Positions 1 to 13,913 are shown, numbered from the stretch's first letter. The stretch: DNA of 64,000 bases from Octopus sinensis (GCF_006345805.1 NC_043005.1:37882001-37946000), one strand, 5' to 3'. The notes: generated by a model not told the origin, from the sequence alone. Numbers and translations are program-made.

Positions 1-1835
1 TTGAATTTAAGAGGCTTCAATTTCCAGTCAAACTAAGTTTTGGAATTTCAATTAACAAATCTCAGGGTCAATCCCTCAAGGTAGTCGGACTTCATCACTG
101 TACTACATGCTTCTCCCACAGCCAACTCTATGTTGGTTGCTCACAAGCTGGAAGCAGCAACAATTTATTCAATTGGACACAAACAAAAAATTACACAATG
201 AATATCATTTACCTTGAGGTGCTTCAAGTTTGACAGATTTTCATTTCTAAATTCTTTTATATTAATCTGAATAATTTTTTAATAAAATATAGACTGGTCT
301 ATGGATTGAACCTAAGTTGGTTTGCTAAAGTCTTATGCTTAACACTTACTCAATGTTTACATTCACTATCCCACTGTCCTGTAGGAACTTCAGTGAGTGG
401 TAACTTAGAAACTGGGAACCTAAAACTAAACTTTATATTTTATGCTGGGTTTCAATAACCTCTGTTGGCCCAGCATAGAAAGGAACAACAAATGGAAGTC
501 TTTGATTAGGAAAGAACATTAAACATTTAAAATAATAGCAATGATGACGACAACAACAATAAAAATAAAAAGAGAAGTTAAAGGAGGAAGTAATTAGTTA
601 ATTCATTAGTATTTAGCTGTCGGTGTCTAAATAAACAGACAGGACTGTAAAATGTGTTGTATTTGTGAAGATAAATTATAGACACTATTTAATCTCACTG
701 GTACTTGCATCCATCTAACTCCATTGCTCATTAGCAACTACACCACAATTTTGGTTTTATTTTAATAAATGAGAACCAGAGAGAAATATCAATTTCAATC
801 AAAGACGTACTATAGTAATGTTCATCAATATCTTTAAATATATGTTAGAGTTGGCCGTTATTATCTGGTAGTTAATCTAATTAGCTCTGACCATCCTCTC
901 CAACATCGAACTAAAGAGAACTTGTAAGTTATATCAATGTAAATCAACTGACTTGCTGGTTTAGAAGTTAGTGATTTGCTCAGACATTTTCTCTAGTTTA
1001 GAGTCTCACAGTTTTACAGGTAAAATCATAATAATTCATTTTTGTATTTATACTTTTGTCTGATGATTAATAAAAAGACAACTAACTATGTTGGGTTGTA
1101 GTCACTTTAAGCCGTGCTTCTTCTTTTCTTCCTTCCAAAAAAAAAAAGAGTTTTTATAAGCTAAAATTAAGCAGAACTGCTGCATATGATGGTCCAGGGG
1201 TGGGCTGGAAATTTTGAAGAAGATATGTGTGTGTAGTGCATCTGTTCTTTTGTCTTGACAACATCAATGTCATACACAGTCGACTTGATGGGTCTTCTTC
1301 TCAAGCATGACATAATACCAAAGATTTCATTCATTACCTCCATGAGGCACAACATTCAAAAGGAACTCAGCCACTTTGCCTCTATGAGATCCAGCACTCA
1401 AAAGGAACCCAGCCACTTTGCACACCAACACCGGCTGTCAAGTGGTAGTTGGGGAACAAACACATGTACAAAGACACACACACACACGCAAACACGCATA
1501 TATATATACAACAGGTTTCTTTCCGTTTCCATCTACAAAATCCACTCACAAGGCTTTGGTTGTCCTAAAGCTGTGTTAGAAGATACTTGCCAAGGTGCCA
1601 TGCAATGGGAGATTGAATTCTGAACCATGTGATTTGGAAGCAAGCTACTTACTACAGAGCCATACAGCAGCACCTGCACACACGTGCACACACACACACA
1701 CACACATACACACACACACACACATACATAGAAGTAGGTGTTTCAACACCCTAGTCAGATTTAGTGACAATTATCTTTTTCATTTTTGGTAAAACATTGC
1801 ACAATGCTGTCTATATTAATTATATATATATAAAA

Positions 1836-2117
1836 GCACCGCCTCGACTGGCTTCCGTGCCGGTGGCACATAAAACACACCAATCCGACCGTGGCCGTTG
1901 CCAGCCTCGCCTGGCACCTGTGCAGGTGGCACGTAAAAAGCACCCACTACACTCACAGAGTGGTTGGCGTTAGGAAGGGCATCCAGATGTAGAAACATTG
2001 CCAGATAAGACTGGAGCCTGGTGCAGCCTTCTGGCTTCCCAGATCCCCGGTCGAACCGTCCAACCCATGCTAGCATGGAGAACGGACGTTAAACGATGAT
2101 GATGATGATGATGATGA
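1836..2117 (+). mobile_element. Short 3'-terminal copy of the RTE LINE; related RTE-tail repeats at about 3955-4145(+), 4370-4500(+), 16430-16610(+), 23690-23930(-), 24020-24060(-), 31100-31237(-) and 33600-33740(+)
   Basis: GGCGTTAGGAAGGGCATCCAG.TGTAGAAAC...CAACCCATGCTAGCATGGAGAACGGACGTTAAACGATGATGAT matches the 3' end at 60647-60800. It carries only about 1.7 units of the 62-bp motif. Confidence 0.85.
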
Positions 2118-3549
2118 TATAAAATCATCATCATCATCGTATAACATCTGCCTTTCATGCTGGCATGGGTGAGCATATATATATGTCTGTATGTAAATAA
2201 AATATGGAAGATACTGAATTTGAATGATGTATCTCTGTAAACCATAAAGCCTGGCAAAACATTACACTAAAGTGCTAGCACAACTCTTGACTACTCATTA
2301 TTTAAATACAAAAATACATATATACATGCGTCCGTATAGAGAGAGTGTATATGGTTGCTTATGCCAGAATAAACGGGCTCCAAGTTGTCTTCTGAAGATA
2401 ATGTACAGTATATAGTTGCATGAAGGTACTTATGTATTGTGGTTAATGTATATTGATGTTATGTTTCTTTATATGGTTTTATGGGATATTGTCTTTTTAT
2501 ATTTCATTTTCAATTTGGTTTGCAAAATTCTTGATGCAAAATCAGGCATTGCAACATCAGTGACATGCCCTTTTTAGATAGAACTGGAATAGCAAGGAAT
2601 GGCATTAAGGAGGTTAAGAATGATGGTGAAATGACTCCACTGGACCTAGCTTATTGATTGATTAACTGAATGATAAATCAAATGATCAAACAGTTAATTG
2701 GTTAAATGGTTAATGAGTTGTAGAGCAAGATAATATTACAAACAGAGGATATTGCTTGTATAATGGTGATATTTACAAGTAGAGTAGACAAGGAAATAGG
2801 CACACACACACATTCATACACTTACATACATACATACACACACACACACATACAAACACACACACACAAACACATTACTGGATAACCTAATTTGCATATA
2901 CCTGTTTTTGACAGCTCATCATAAATTAAATTAATTTAAGCACTGCATAAATCAAAAGAAGTGAAGTAAATTTAAATATTTTAAAATTTTACCTGCAGGT
3001 GAAATAAGTATGTTGGCACATTCCTTCAATAATTTGTGGAAAAATTATGGGAGTTTCTTGAAAATCTGTTTCACAACTTGTTAACCATTCCTCAGAGAAG
3101 ATGTACCTATTTATATACACGTTGTCTATAAATGCTTATCAATATAGGATTTCATTATAGGGTTAACTCTTCTGTGAAACGATCATAAGATGCTTTAAAT
3201 AATTAATTCAAAACTTTTAAACTGTCATATACATTACATATTTATACTTGTACATATTTACATATATTTATATACATATTTATATATTTTTAATACAACA
3301 ATTATTTTTCACACGTGTATATCTTTCTGAGGAGTTTTGATATTGATTTCCTAATATTAATAATAATATATTATTAAAAAAACATATATATATATATATA
3401 TATATAATCGCTCGTATTAAATATATAAATACTTTAATAGTATTAATACTTTGATATAATAGATCACTCAATATAAATTCAGAATATAGTATTCTCATTG
3501 AATATATTTAACTAAAGATTTATATACACAGTTGTTGTAGATTTTAATG

Positions 3550-3860
3550 AAGGCATGTAGCTTAGTGGTGAGGGATATTTGGTTCATGATTGTAAATTCA
3601 TGAGTTCGATTCCCAATTGCGTGTTGTGTCTTAACACTTTATTTCATGTTGCTCCAGACCAATCAGCTGGCAAAAATGAGTTGTAGCTGTAATTCGAAAG
3701 GCCAACCATGTCATATTCTGTGTCATACTGAATCTTCTTGAGAACTACATTAATGATATATGCATCTATGTATTGCTCTGCCACTTGCACATTAATTTCA
3801 CAAGTAGGCTGTTCCAGTGATTAGATCAGCTGGATCACTTGTCATCGTAATTGATGGAGT
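3550..3860 (+). mobile_element. Third tRNA-derived SINE family (C); related copies at about 12090-12415(-), 33420-33580(-), 43010-43250(+), 49480-49680(-) and 51250-51545(-)
   Basis: TAGCTTAGTGGTGAGGG...GAGTTCGATTCCC (A and B boxes), followed by the shared ACACTTTATTTCATGTTGCTCCAG...CAGCTGGCAAAAATGAG block. Confidence 0.72.
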
Positions 3861-6016
3861 GCCAATTTTGTTGTAGATTCATCTTTAAAAGAAGTCATGA
3901 TGTGTAAATTTTAATATTTTCTATAGTTGTTTTAATGAATAAATTTATATAGCCATCAGTGACAGGTAAAAACACCCAGTACATTCTATGAAGTGGTTGA
4001 CATTAGGAAGGGCATCCAGCTCAAAACAGACTAAGTTTGGTGCAGCTCCCCAGCTTTCCAGTTCTAGTCAAATCTTCTTACCCATGCCAGCATGGAAAAC
4101 AGACACTAATTGTTGATGATGATGATGATGATGATGATGATAATGATCTATGTAGCCTACTTAATATATATACCCCATTGAGAGGTATAATGCTTTAGAA
4201 TTTCATTTGAGAGAATACTTCTTTGTAGACATACTGTCTTAAAAACACAATATTCATTGAAGCAAGGTGAAAAAGTCATCCAATTGTCTTGGCAGTGATT
4301 TCCAAGAATGCCAAATGCATTTTGATTTTCTAAGGCTTTGTCAGTGATCTACACTCGCCAGTTACATTTCAAAACAAAATCTGTCTCTTCTGATAAATAG
4401 GAAACAAGTGGGAAATCCAGCTATAAGAAAATCTGCTTCAATAGATCCTGTCAGATCCATGTAAGCATGGAAACGCAGATGTTAAACAATGATGATGATT
4501 ATCACGATTCTGATGTCAGAGTATATAAATGACACATTTTAGGTTGTATTCTTTGGATGGCAATAATTAACTTTTTATTTAAATTTCTCTTTATGTTTTC
4601 ATAGATATCATCTTGAAGTGTAATACATTTATATAAATAGAGCCATAGACTAAGATTGATCTCACTATTGTTTATCTGTGAAGCTGTTCCAATACTCCTG
4701 TTTACAGTCCCATGATATTCAAACAAAAGCTGTTATTGCTGTTCCTCCTGCTATTACAAATACTGTTACTGCTGGCGCTATTTTTCTTCTCCCTCCTCTT
4801 CAATTTTTTTTCTTCTTTTCAAATTTCTCCTCCTTATCCACTACCTCTTCCTCCACTTACCTCTTTCCTTCTTGTTCATCCTTTTTCTTCTCCTCCTCTT
4901 GCTATCCCAACTACTGTTACTACAACTATTGTTTTTGTTTATTCCCATATGAAATCTAATTCAGCTGATCTATGATCAAAGGCATTCAAGCCAGAAATAT
5001 CAAACCTTTTTCTTTTTTCCCCACATACTTTCCTCCAAACATACTATTACTAAGACTACATTATCTAATATATCCTTATAATTTTTATTGAGTTTTACTT
5101 GCTATTTCTAACAAGGTGATCCACCATATACTGACTCTCTCTGTTTATTTTAACAGATAACTTCCTAAATTCGAATCACAAAAATTCCCCAAACCCTGTC
5201 TTTGTATTCTATTCATTAATTTACATTAATTTATAAATACCACGGCATTATATTAATTCATAAATACAACCACATTAATTCTCTAGGTTGTTGCTCTAAA
5301 TATTCCATACAACATTGCTATATCTAAATTGTTAAGTATCTCATTTTTAGATTTCCGTATCTAAATATATAAAGTTGAATAGCAAAAGTGATAAATTCTA
5401 AAATTTAAATGCAATAACAGTAACAACAGCAACAACAATGATAACAAAAATCCCAAGCTACATAGCTTCATCTAAATCTTGTATTAATTGCTACTTTAAC
5501 AACAAAAACAACAGTATGAATGCACAGCGTTGTTTGATGAAAATACATACCGAAAATATATTAAAAAACAGTGGACTGGAAGAAAAGAGGCCACAGAGTT
5601 AACTGCGATATGATGTTGAGTGTCTTTCCATTGGATATATATGTGGTCAAAGTTAAATGTTAAAGTCCACAAATAGAATACGGTTAGTTAAGGGAATGGG
5701 GGCGTTTTAAACATGAAAACAGCTTCTTCATGTTATTCAGCAATAAAATTCCTAAGAGATACATGCATGTGAAGTCTATCAGCTTAAGCATGTGCACAAG
5801 TGTGCTCATAATTTCATAGATGCTGATCAGTACAATTTTATAAGCAGGTGTATATATGCATTCACGCAACATACTCCAAAAGCATGGATGCCTGTATTTC
5901 CTTATAAGTTAATGTCATGTATTGATTTTTTTTTTTTTGCTACATATACCAACATAGAAACACATAACATGTATGTGTGTGTGGTACATATGCACACACA
6001 TATCTGTGTGCATGTA

Positions 6017-6097
<81 letters not shown>

Positions 6098-6774
6098 TGT
6101 GTATGTCATTGCATGTGTGTATATTATATATATATACACACATTATTTATTCAGCTCAAGTGTGTGTAAATTGTTTGTATATATATATGTGTGTGTGTAT
6201 GTATATATTTACATGCATATGTAAATTGTGTTTATACATATATGTGTGTATATATATATACATACACACACATCAGCATTCATACATCATGTGTGTCTTT
6301 TGTCTTTCCACTATCTCTAGGAATTTGCAACAAAAATACATATAGACACATCTGGAACCTATATCAAAGAGTTGATGTAAATATTATTTTATCTTTAAAT
6401 CTTTAAGGAGCAATTTACACAATATAATTGTTTTTTTATATATTTATTGAGGGTTACTTTCCTTTTCTTTTTTTTTTTTTGGCAGCATTCTGTAGGTTGG
6501 CATATCTGTGATCACAAGTATGTCTATGTATACGTGAATATTATCATACTGTTTTTTTGAAGTAACACTGTTGTCTACTAAGACTGAGCATATTATATTC
6601 CCCCTTGTTATGCTATTTCACAGTTGGTATTGCATAGAATAGCCTTTCCTTTGGAAAAATATAAACATCGTAACTTCTTCCTGAGTTTTCCCTTCCCCTA
6701 CAACCTTACAAATACAAAGGCTCACACCTGCAGAATAAATTATCATCATCATCATCATCACCATCGTTATCATT

Positions 6775-7075
6775 ATTATTTAGTATTCTTATTTTTATTG
6801 CGTGCTTTCACTGCACTACTGAGCAACAGCTCTGTGGGCATTGGGCATGTGCTATGGTTTATTTCGGTATTGTTGTTTCTACTTTATAGAAAATGCTTTA
6901 CATAAAATGTGTGATGAGCCTAGTAATGCTATTTTCGGTATGTTGTATTTGTAAGTCATCAGGTTTTGGTTATATACTCTTCTGCATGGTTTTCAACCAT
7001 ACCTAAAGCAACTGTCATTATAAGGATTTGTTTCTGTTTTCGGATTTTTCATTCAAATTATTTCTTTTTTCCAGA
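6775..7075 (-). mobile_element. Older Dong-like 3' end (same family)
   Basis: Diverged copy of the same 3' block (TAGTATTCTTATTTTTATTGCGTGCTTTCACTGCACTAC...GCCTAGTAATGC) beside ATT/ATC repeats. Confidence 0.7.
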
Positions 7076-7104
7076 TCTTCGTATTTATTATTATCATTAT
7101 TATT

Positions 7105-8480
7105 AAGTTGATGAACTGGCAGAATCATTAGCATGCCATGCAAAATACTTAGTGGCGTTTTACCTGACTTTACATTCTGAGTTCAAATGTTGCTGGAGCT
7201 GACTTTTCCTTTCGTCCTTTCAGATGAAAGCACCAGTTGAGCACTAGGGTTGCTGTAATTGGCTGTTCCCTTCTCATGAAATTTCAGGCCTTGTGCCTAT
7301 TGTAGAAAGGGCTATTATCATTATTATTATGATGAGTAAGGTAGCAAGCTGGCAGAATCATTAGCATGCTGGGAAAAATGCTTAGCGGCATTCATCCATC
7401 TTTTTGTTCTGGGTTCAAATTTGTTTGCGGTCAGTTTCACCTTTCATCCTTTTGAGATTGATGAAATAGTTCCAGTTGAGCACTGGGATTGATGTAATTA
7501 ACATACTCCTTTCCTCAAATTCACTGGCCTTGTGCCAAAATGTGAAATCACTATTATTATGTTGATTATTATTACTATTGTTATTATTAATAAGGTGAGC
7601 TGGCAGAATTGTAGTGCATTAGTTGAATGCTTAATAACATTTCTTCCAGCTCTTCTGAGTTCAAATACCAACAACGTGAACTTTGCCTTTCATTCTTCTG
7701 GAATTGTTAAAACACAGTTTCAGTTGAGCACTGAGTTCAATGTAATTGACGAAACCCCTTCCCTTAAAATTGCTTATAATTTGAACTTATTATTATTGCT
7801 ATTATTATGAAGGCAGCACAAGTTAGTGAGCTGACAGAATCACCAGCACAAGGAGCAAAATGCTTAACAGCATTTTGTTCTTTTTTATGTTCTGAGTTCA
7901 AATTCAGCCAAAGTCAACTTTAGCTTTCATCTTTTTGGGGTTGATGAAATAAGTACCAGCTGAGCATAGGGATCAATGTTAATCAACTAGCCCTCTCTCT
8001 TAAAATTTCATGCCTTGTACCTATAATAGAAAAGACTTTTAAAACAGCAACAGGCAAAATCATAAGCATCAAACAAAATGCTGAGTGGCTTTTCTTCCAG
8101 TTTCTTAAATCTTGCCAAGGTCAACTTTACCTTTCATCCTTTCAGGGGTCAATAAAATAAAGTGCCAGTCATATATTGGGGTCCATGTAATTGACTAACC
8201 CTTGCAGGCCTCATGCCTAAATTAAAAACAATTGCTTTTATTATTATTATCAGTAGTAGTAAGGTGGTGAGCTGGCAGAACTATTAGGACATAGGGCAAA
8301 ATTCTTAGCAGTATTTCTTCTGGCTATTTTCAAATTCTGCTGCACTCAACTTTGCCTTTCATCCTTTCAAGATCAATAAAACACGTACCAGTTGAGCACT
8401 GGGGTCAATGTAATTGATTTACCCGCTCACTTGAAATTTCTGGCCTTGTGATGAAAGTTGAAACCATTACTAGTAGTAGT
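7105..8480 (+). mobile_element. Head-to-tail cluster of six ~210-bp tRNA-derived SINEs (family B) with (ATT)n tails
   Basis: Repeated GAGCTGGCAGAATCATTAGC...AAATGCTTAGC...GAGTTCAAAT (B box)...CTTTCATCCTTT...GTACCAGTTGAGCACTGGGG...GGCCTTGTGCC near 7105, 7337, 7590, 7810, 8045 and 8260. Confidence 0.85.
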
Positions 8481-8599
8481 AGTATGTCGTTTTATTTCAT
8501 ACAAGATATTCCTAATCTCACCCACAAACCACAAAAATCAGTTAGGCATTTCTTATGTGTAACAATGATATATATTTCAGAGAAAGGAGACCAAATACT

Positions 8600-9330
8600 A
8601 AAAATTAAGATTTTCCTTAAAATTTATTTTAATATTTGTGATTTTGAAAGATTTGAAATGATACAAATATTTTCAGGTAGATTGTATTTTGGTGGGATGT
8701 GGGTTGTGTCCAGGGGAACAATTTTCGTTTTTCTGATACTTTCGGGTTTCTTGATGTTGTATTGAAGAATGTCATTTGGTATTGACCCCAAAGTGTCAAA
8801 GTTCACAGGCACAGTTGCTTTTTTCAGACGCCACATCATCAAGACCTCTATTTCAAGGTTCTTCAAATGTTTCCACAGTCATGTTAGCACCAGTAGGGAT
8901 TTACATATCTATGAGCGAACATACTTTGTTAATGTAATTTTTTTCCACCACAATATCTGGTCTGTTGGCTTGAATAGCTTGATCAAATGGAATACAAAAG
9001 TCCCAAAGATGGTTTAGGCATTTATTTTGTGCTTCTTTGGCAAGTTTATATACCCTCTATTTTTTCTCATATGGGAGTCCAAGCTGATGGCATATTATCC
9101 AATTCAAATACTGACCAAGTTCATCATGGCAATTACCATACTTATATGAAGCTAACATAGAGCAGCCAGAGATGATCAGAGGTTATCGATTGTTTTCTGG
9201 TTGTACCACAAAAACAATAGGACAAATCAGCATCGTTTTTAAGAATGTTGGCTTGATAATATCTGGTGGGCAGACACTGATCCAGGGCAGCTATAATGCT
9301 ATGATAAAGCCCTCTGTTTCCAATTTTCAC
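8600..9330 (-). mobile_element. Decayed R4/Dong-clade non-LTR retrotransposon 3' fragment
   Basis: Minus strand: IIAALDQCLPTRYYQANILKNDAD...FWDFCIPFDQAIQANRPDIVV...KNLEIEVLMMWRLKKATVPV...KIVPLDTTHI, matching the zinc-knuckle and RLE region of R4-clade ORFs. Contains stops and frameshifts. Confidence 0.8.
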
Positions 9331-9530
9331 TCAAAATCGTAAAAGATGGATCGAAAAAGAGTTGAGAATGGGAAAAGTTGTGTTAAAGAGTTGTACATGG
9401 CAGAAATGCAACAAATATCAGCAGATGGTTGATGATATAGTAATGGACTGTGTGAAAGGAGTTAACTAGAAAAGGTAAAAATGCAATGGAGATAAATAAA
9501 TATTGACAAGAACTCTTATTACCACCAGCC

Positions 9531-9660
9531 AAACTGATTTCATAGAATTAGAAATATAAGTGTAAATATATATATTTCTAATTCTATGAAATCAGTTTAA
9601 ATACATTTACACTTATATTTCTGAGCATATACATTTACACTTATATTTCTGAGTATATAC
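9531..9660. repeat. Perfect 28-bp hairpin followed by two tandem inverted copies of its loop region
   Basis: AAACTGATTTCATAGAATTAGAAATATA (9531-9558) pairs with 9571-9598. ATTTACACTTATATTTCT, the reverse complement of 9550-9567, then occurs twice from about 9605. Confidence 0.92.
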
Positions 9661-11604
9661 ACCTCATAGTCATTGTATTATATAATGAAGTTTATACAGC
9701 CTTCAAAGACTAAACTATGTGAACTTTGTAAATTTTGGAAAATTTTCCCATTAAATTTAGGAGCTTCAAAGATGCTATTTAATTATCAGGGGAAGTGGGT
9801 ACAATTATAAAATTAATAATTAATATTGAAGCTATCCTATATGGTTAAATGTTTAATAAACCATCAGCAATGTGTACAATGAAATCAATATTTAAGAAGT
9901 GCTGTGTTTTATGATAAACAATGGGTCTCAAGAAATTACAGACTGAAAAGAAAATAGCATTGGTCCTTATCCAATTCCAGTCTTTCAATAGCTGATAGCT
10001 CTAATTACTAAGTTTTTCCTATTTCTGCCATTGTGAAATATTGTTTCATTGGTACACAAGTCACATGTTGCACAGAATCTTCATCATCATAGTTGTAGTT
10101 TGTCTGTAATTAGGAGAATGAAACACTTGGGCACAGCTGTTTGAATGCTAATAATTTGGCATGCTTAGCAGGACATTTGGCCTGTTTCTGTGACAGTATT
10201 TTTTGGTGCTTGAAGCAAACACACACAAATGCACTAAAATATACACATACAAATAGAAATTGAGAGACAGTCATTACAATTTATCAATTTAAAATGATTG
10301 ACACAGGCACTTTCCCTCAACACATACAGGGAAATATGCTCACACACATAGAGAGAGATGAAGGGAAGGAATGTGAGAATTCTTAGAATATTTGATGACA
10401 AATAAGTCAGCTTCGAATCAGTGGTGGCAAGCAGAGAGTGTCAGATTGGCTGTACCATAATTTTTTATACATGTGATTAGGTATTGCACATCCATAACAA
10501 AATACATCTCATCAGCTATCAGACCCCATTTGTAGTTTCCACGTCAACAGTAAATATATGCTACAACTGCAGTCATCATCTTCCATACCGTTTCTTCTAT
10601 TTTCCATTTTTTTCTGCATAATAGCGGGTTCTCTATTTGCATCCTTAATAGTACAAATATTATGTGCTGAAATAAGTGTCTTATCAAGTACGCGACTTGT
10701 GGAGTTTGCAGGCTGTAAACCATCTGGCCTGGGGTTTTTCTTTTGTTTAAATCGACTTGAGCTTATTTTATTTCATTTATTTCTTCCATCTGCTACCACT
10801 GTATTCCTTCTTCATTCTTTTATATTCAAGTTTGTTTCTTTTCTCCAAAAAATGTCTCATTAGTATTATTTTGTCGTACTTGCTACATATGGCATTTCAT
10901 TATTTTGTTTCCTTGATATGTTTTGACACATTTTCTTTTATTATCCACAAATATTCTGTATTCTTTACAGCTGTTTTAGCTGAAAAAGTATTTATTTATT
11001 TACTTCCCTTGTCTCTGTCTCAATTCTATGCTTTACTTTATTTCTTTTATTATAACCTGTACACCTTTTCGACTTAATTTACATTTTCTTTATAGTAATA
11101 CATAAATTTTGTTTTAGCTATTCTTCATTCTAGAAATTGAGAAATGTTGGCGGCTAATTTTACTTTATATTTTTTTTTAGTCTTTAACTTGTTCGGTCTG
11201 TTTATTTTACTATGTCACTTCTCTTCTGTTTGTTTTCTGTTATTTTTCAGGATTTTATTTCAACACTTAGAATTTCTGAAACACATGTAGCTACATAGCT
11301 TTCTCTATAGTAAAACATTTCCCAGGACATCATTACTGTATCATATTGAGATATATAAGCCATACTTTTTCATTCCTCTTAATGATCCTAATTTTGTTTA
11401 GCAATTCTTCTCAAGCTCTCTACAATTTGTGTTCTATATTCAGATGTGGCTGTGTTGTAAGATGCTTGCTTCCCAACCACATGGTTCTGAGTTCAGTTCT
11501 ATTGTGTGTGTCACCTTGATAAAGTGCCTTCTGCTACAGCTCAAAACCAACATAAATCTAATACTAACAATTATTTGTTAAGCAAATGTGTTTATGCATT
11601 TGGT

Positions 11605-12063
11605 TTAACTCTTTAGCATTCAGATTACTCTGTCAAATGAAATATAATTATTTATATTCTTTTTAATTAATTATGCCTTATCTCATAACTTTAACCCTTC
11701 AGCATTCAGATTTTTTTTGTCAAAAGTAATATTTATTCACATTGATTTAAATTAATCATCCGTTACCTTGTAGCTTTGAGATTTTGATAATGTGATTGTT
11801 TATTTTTAGAAAGACTATTTTTAGAAAGACATTGTATGGGAGGTGTCAAAGACCAGAGCATAAAACAAGAAAAATATTTAGGAATATTTGGGTACAATAT
11901 GGTCTGGTTTAAATACTAATGGGTTAAGCATTCAGTCACATGGTTGCATATTTTCAGAATGATATTGTAGAGTAGGCGTGAGAGGCTAGATCTGGCCTGT
12001 TTGAACATGAAACTGTTAGAATGTTTGGGCTGGATATGGTTAGTCTGGATGCTAAAGTGTTAA
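11605..12063. mobile_element. Cluster of three partial or complete copies of the same piggyBac-type MITE
   Basis: TTAA at 11605, 11691, 11924 and 12060, with ends CTCTTTAGCATT / CCCTTCAGCATT ... AATACTAATGGG / GATGCTAAAGTG. Internal sequence is collinear with 55357-55572. Confidence 0.7.
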
Positions 12064-12604
12064 ACAAATATCTACCTTTGTTTGTATTTGTACCAGCACT
12101 CTGTCAGTTACAACAATGAGGGTTGCAGTTGATCTGATCAATGGAACAACCAGCTCATGAAATCAATGTGCAAGAGGCTGAGTACTCTACCGACAGGCAT
12201 GTCTTTAACATAGTTCTCAAGGAGATTCAGCATGACACAGAATGTGACAAGACAGACCCTTTGAATTACAGGTACCACTCACTTTTGCTAACTTAGTGGA
12301 CTGGAGCAACATGAAATAAAGTATCTTACTCAAGGACACAATTTGCTATATGTTTTCGAACTCATGACCTTATGTTTGTGAGCCAAATACCCTAACCACA
12401 AAGCCACTCACCTATATCTGTGGCCTGATCTTAATGTTAGAAATTCTCAACAATGATTAGAAAGTATTGCCCTTGTTCTTCGTTATTCTGATGTTACAAT
12501 CTTGATGTTTGTTTCCTCATTTAATGTGAAACAAACTGCTGTAACATTTGGATAAGAATACTTGTATACAAACACAAAAATATATATATAAACACACACA
12601 CATA

Positions 12605-12905
12605 CATCATCCTGTGATTTACCTGGATACATCATTGATGTTTCCTGGGGTAATTGAGTGCTTCAGGTTTTTAAACAATCCACCTTGCAGTCCAACCAAG
12701 ATTGATTACTCCCACTTAGTGTCCAGTTAACACTATCTCTGGTAGCACTTCCTGATCTGCTGGCACCTGAAGGCAACCTCTGCAGTCTCCACACCCAACT
12801 TGATGGCCTTCGATTTATTGACCTCTGTAATAGCCAACCTGTTATAAACTCTGCAGTGAGAGAAACCTGCAAACCCTCAGCATTCCATCTCAATGAGATC
12901 ATGCC
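12605..12905 (-). mobile_element. HERO-like (RLE-type) non-LTR retrotransposon C-terminus and 3' UTR
   Basis: One minus frame reads IEMEC*GFAGFSHCRVYNRLAITEVNKSKAIKLGVETAEVAFRCQQIRK, resembling the EVGCRGFAG...AAE.ASRWLW.RR end of HERO-type ORFs. The 3' UTR contains AAAACCTGAAGCACTCAATTACCCCAGGAAACATCAATGATG. Family call is from recalled similarity. Confidence 0.65.
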
Positions 12906-13913
12906 TTACTTACTATCCATATACTTTTTGTTGCTTATACAAAGTGCTTAGCAGCATTTCTTCTGGCTCCTTACATTCTCTGTTCAATTCTGCTAGGTTA
13001 ACTTTGCCATTCATCTCTTTTGGGGTTGATAATTCCACCAATCTCAGTTGAACAATTTGGATTGATGGAATTGACTTAGCTCTCTCCACCCAAATTTCAG
13101 GCCTTGTGCCTATAGTAGAAAATAGTTTGATAAAAAGATTTCACTCCAGCTCTTGTAACAGTTGGTTTTTAGAGCAACCTTAACTGTAATATCTTCCACC
13201 TCCACATTATCCCCCTGAGCCACACTTACATTTAACTTAATATGCTTGTCATATTAATTACTTTTCTAAAATGAGTAGTGGTAGGGGAAACATGCCATGC
13301 TTAATGCTTTTTATATGCATTAAGTATTCATTTTCTATTGCTTCTCTTTGATGGTTCACTGCTGTAAAACGATTCCATTCCTTTCATGTTGTCAAACTGA
13401 GACCATTTCTTAGAGACTCATAATGCAATGCATTTATTGCTTTGCACTTTCCGAGGTTTGCTGGTCTTAGGTGTTTTTCTATTCTGAAATAATTCTATAG
13501 AGACCATTATTCACTGACCTTATTTCTATTAAAAAAAAACCCATCTCACTTTTCCCAGTCTTCTGGAACTAAGTTTCCAAGATAGTAGGCCATAACTCAC
13601 ACTCACTTGTTTTAGCATAACAAATTGGTTTTAGCATAAAGAATTCTTTTGAAGGTTTTAAAAGCTGTAACATTTGTTAATTAGGGTGGCAAATTGCCAG
13701 AATCTTTTACACGTAAGACTAAATGCTTTGCAACATTTCTTCTAGTTCTAACCTTCTGAGTTCAAATCTTGCCAAGATTGACTTTGCCTTTCATATTTTC
13801 AGAGTTGTTAAAATTAGGGACAGTTGAGCACTAGTGGACAATGTACTTGAGTACCTCCTCCCCTGAAATTGCTGGCCTTGTGCCAGCAGTTGTCATCATC
13901 ACCATAATTATTA

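Noticed and set aside
385-399. Possible microexon (AG at 383-384, GTGAGT at 393 or GTAACT at 400)
   Set aside because: Splice-like motifs alone are expected by chance and there is no independent support.
2520-2660. Ankyrin-like peptide KNDGEMTPLDLAY
   Set aside because: Short, frame-broken and without the rest of an ankyrin repeat; probably chance.
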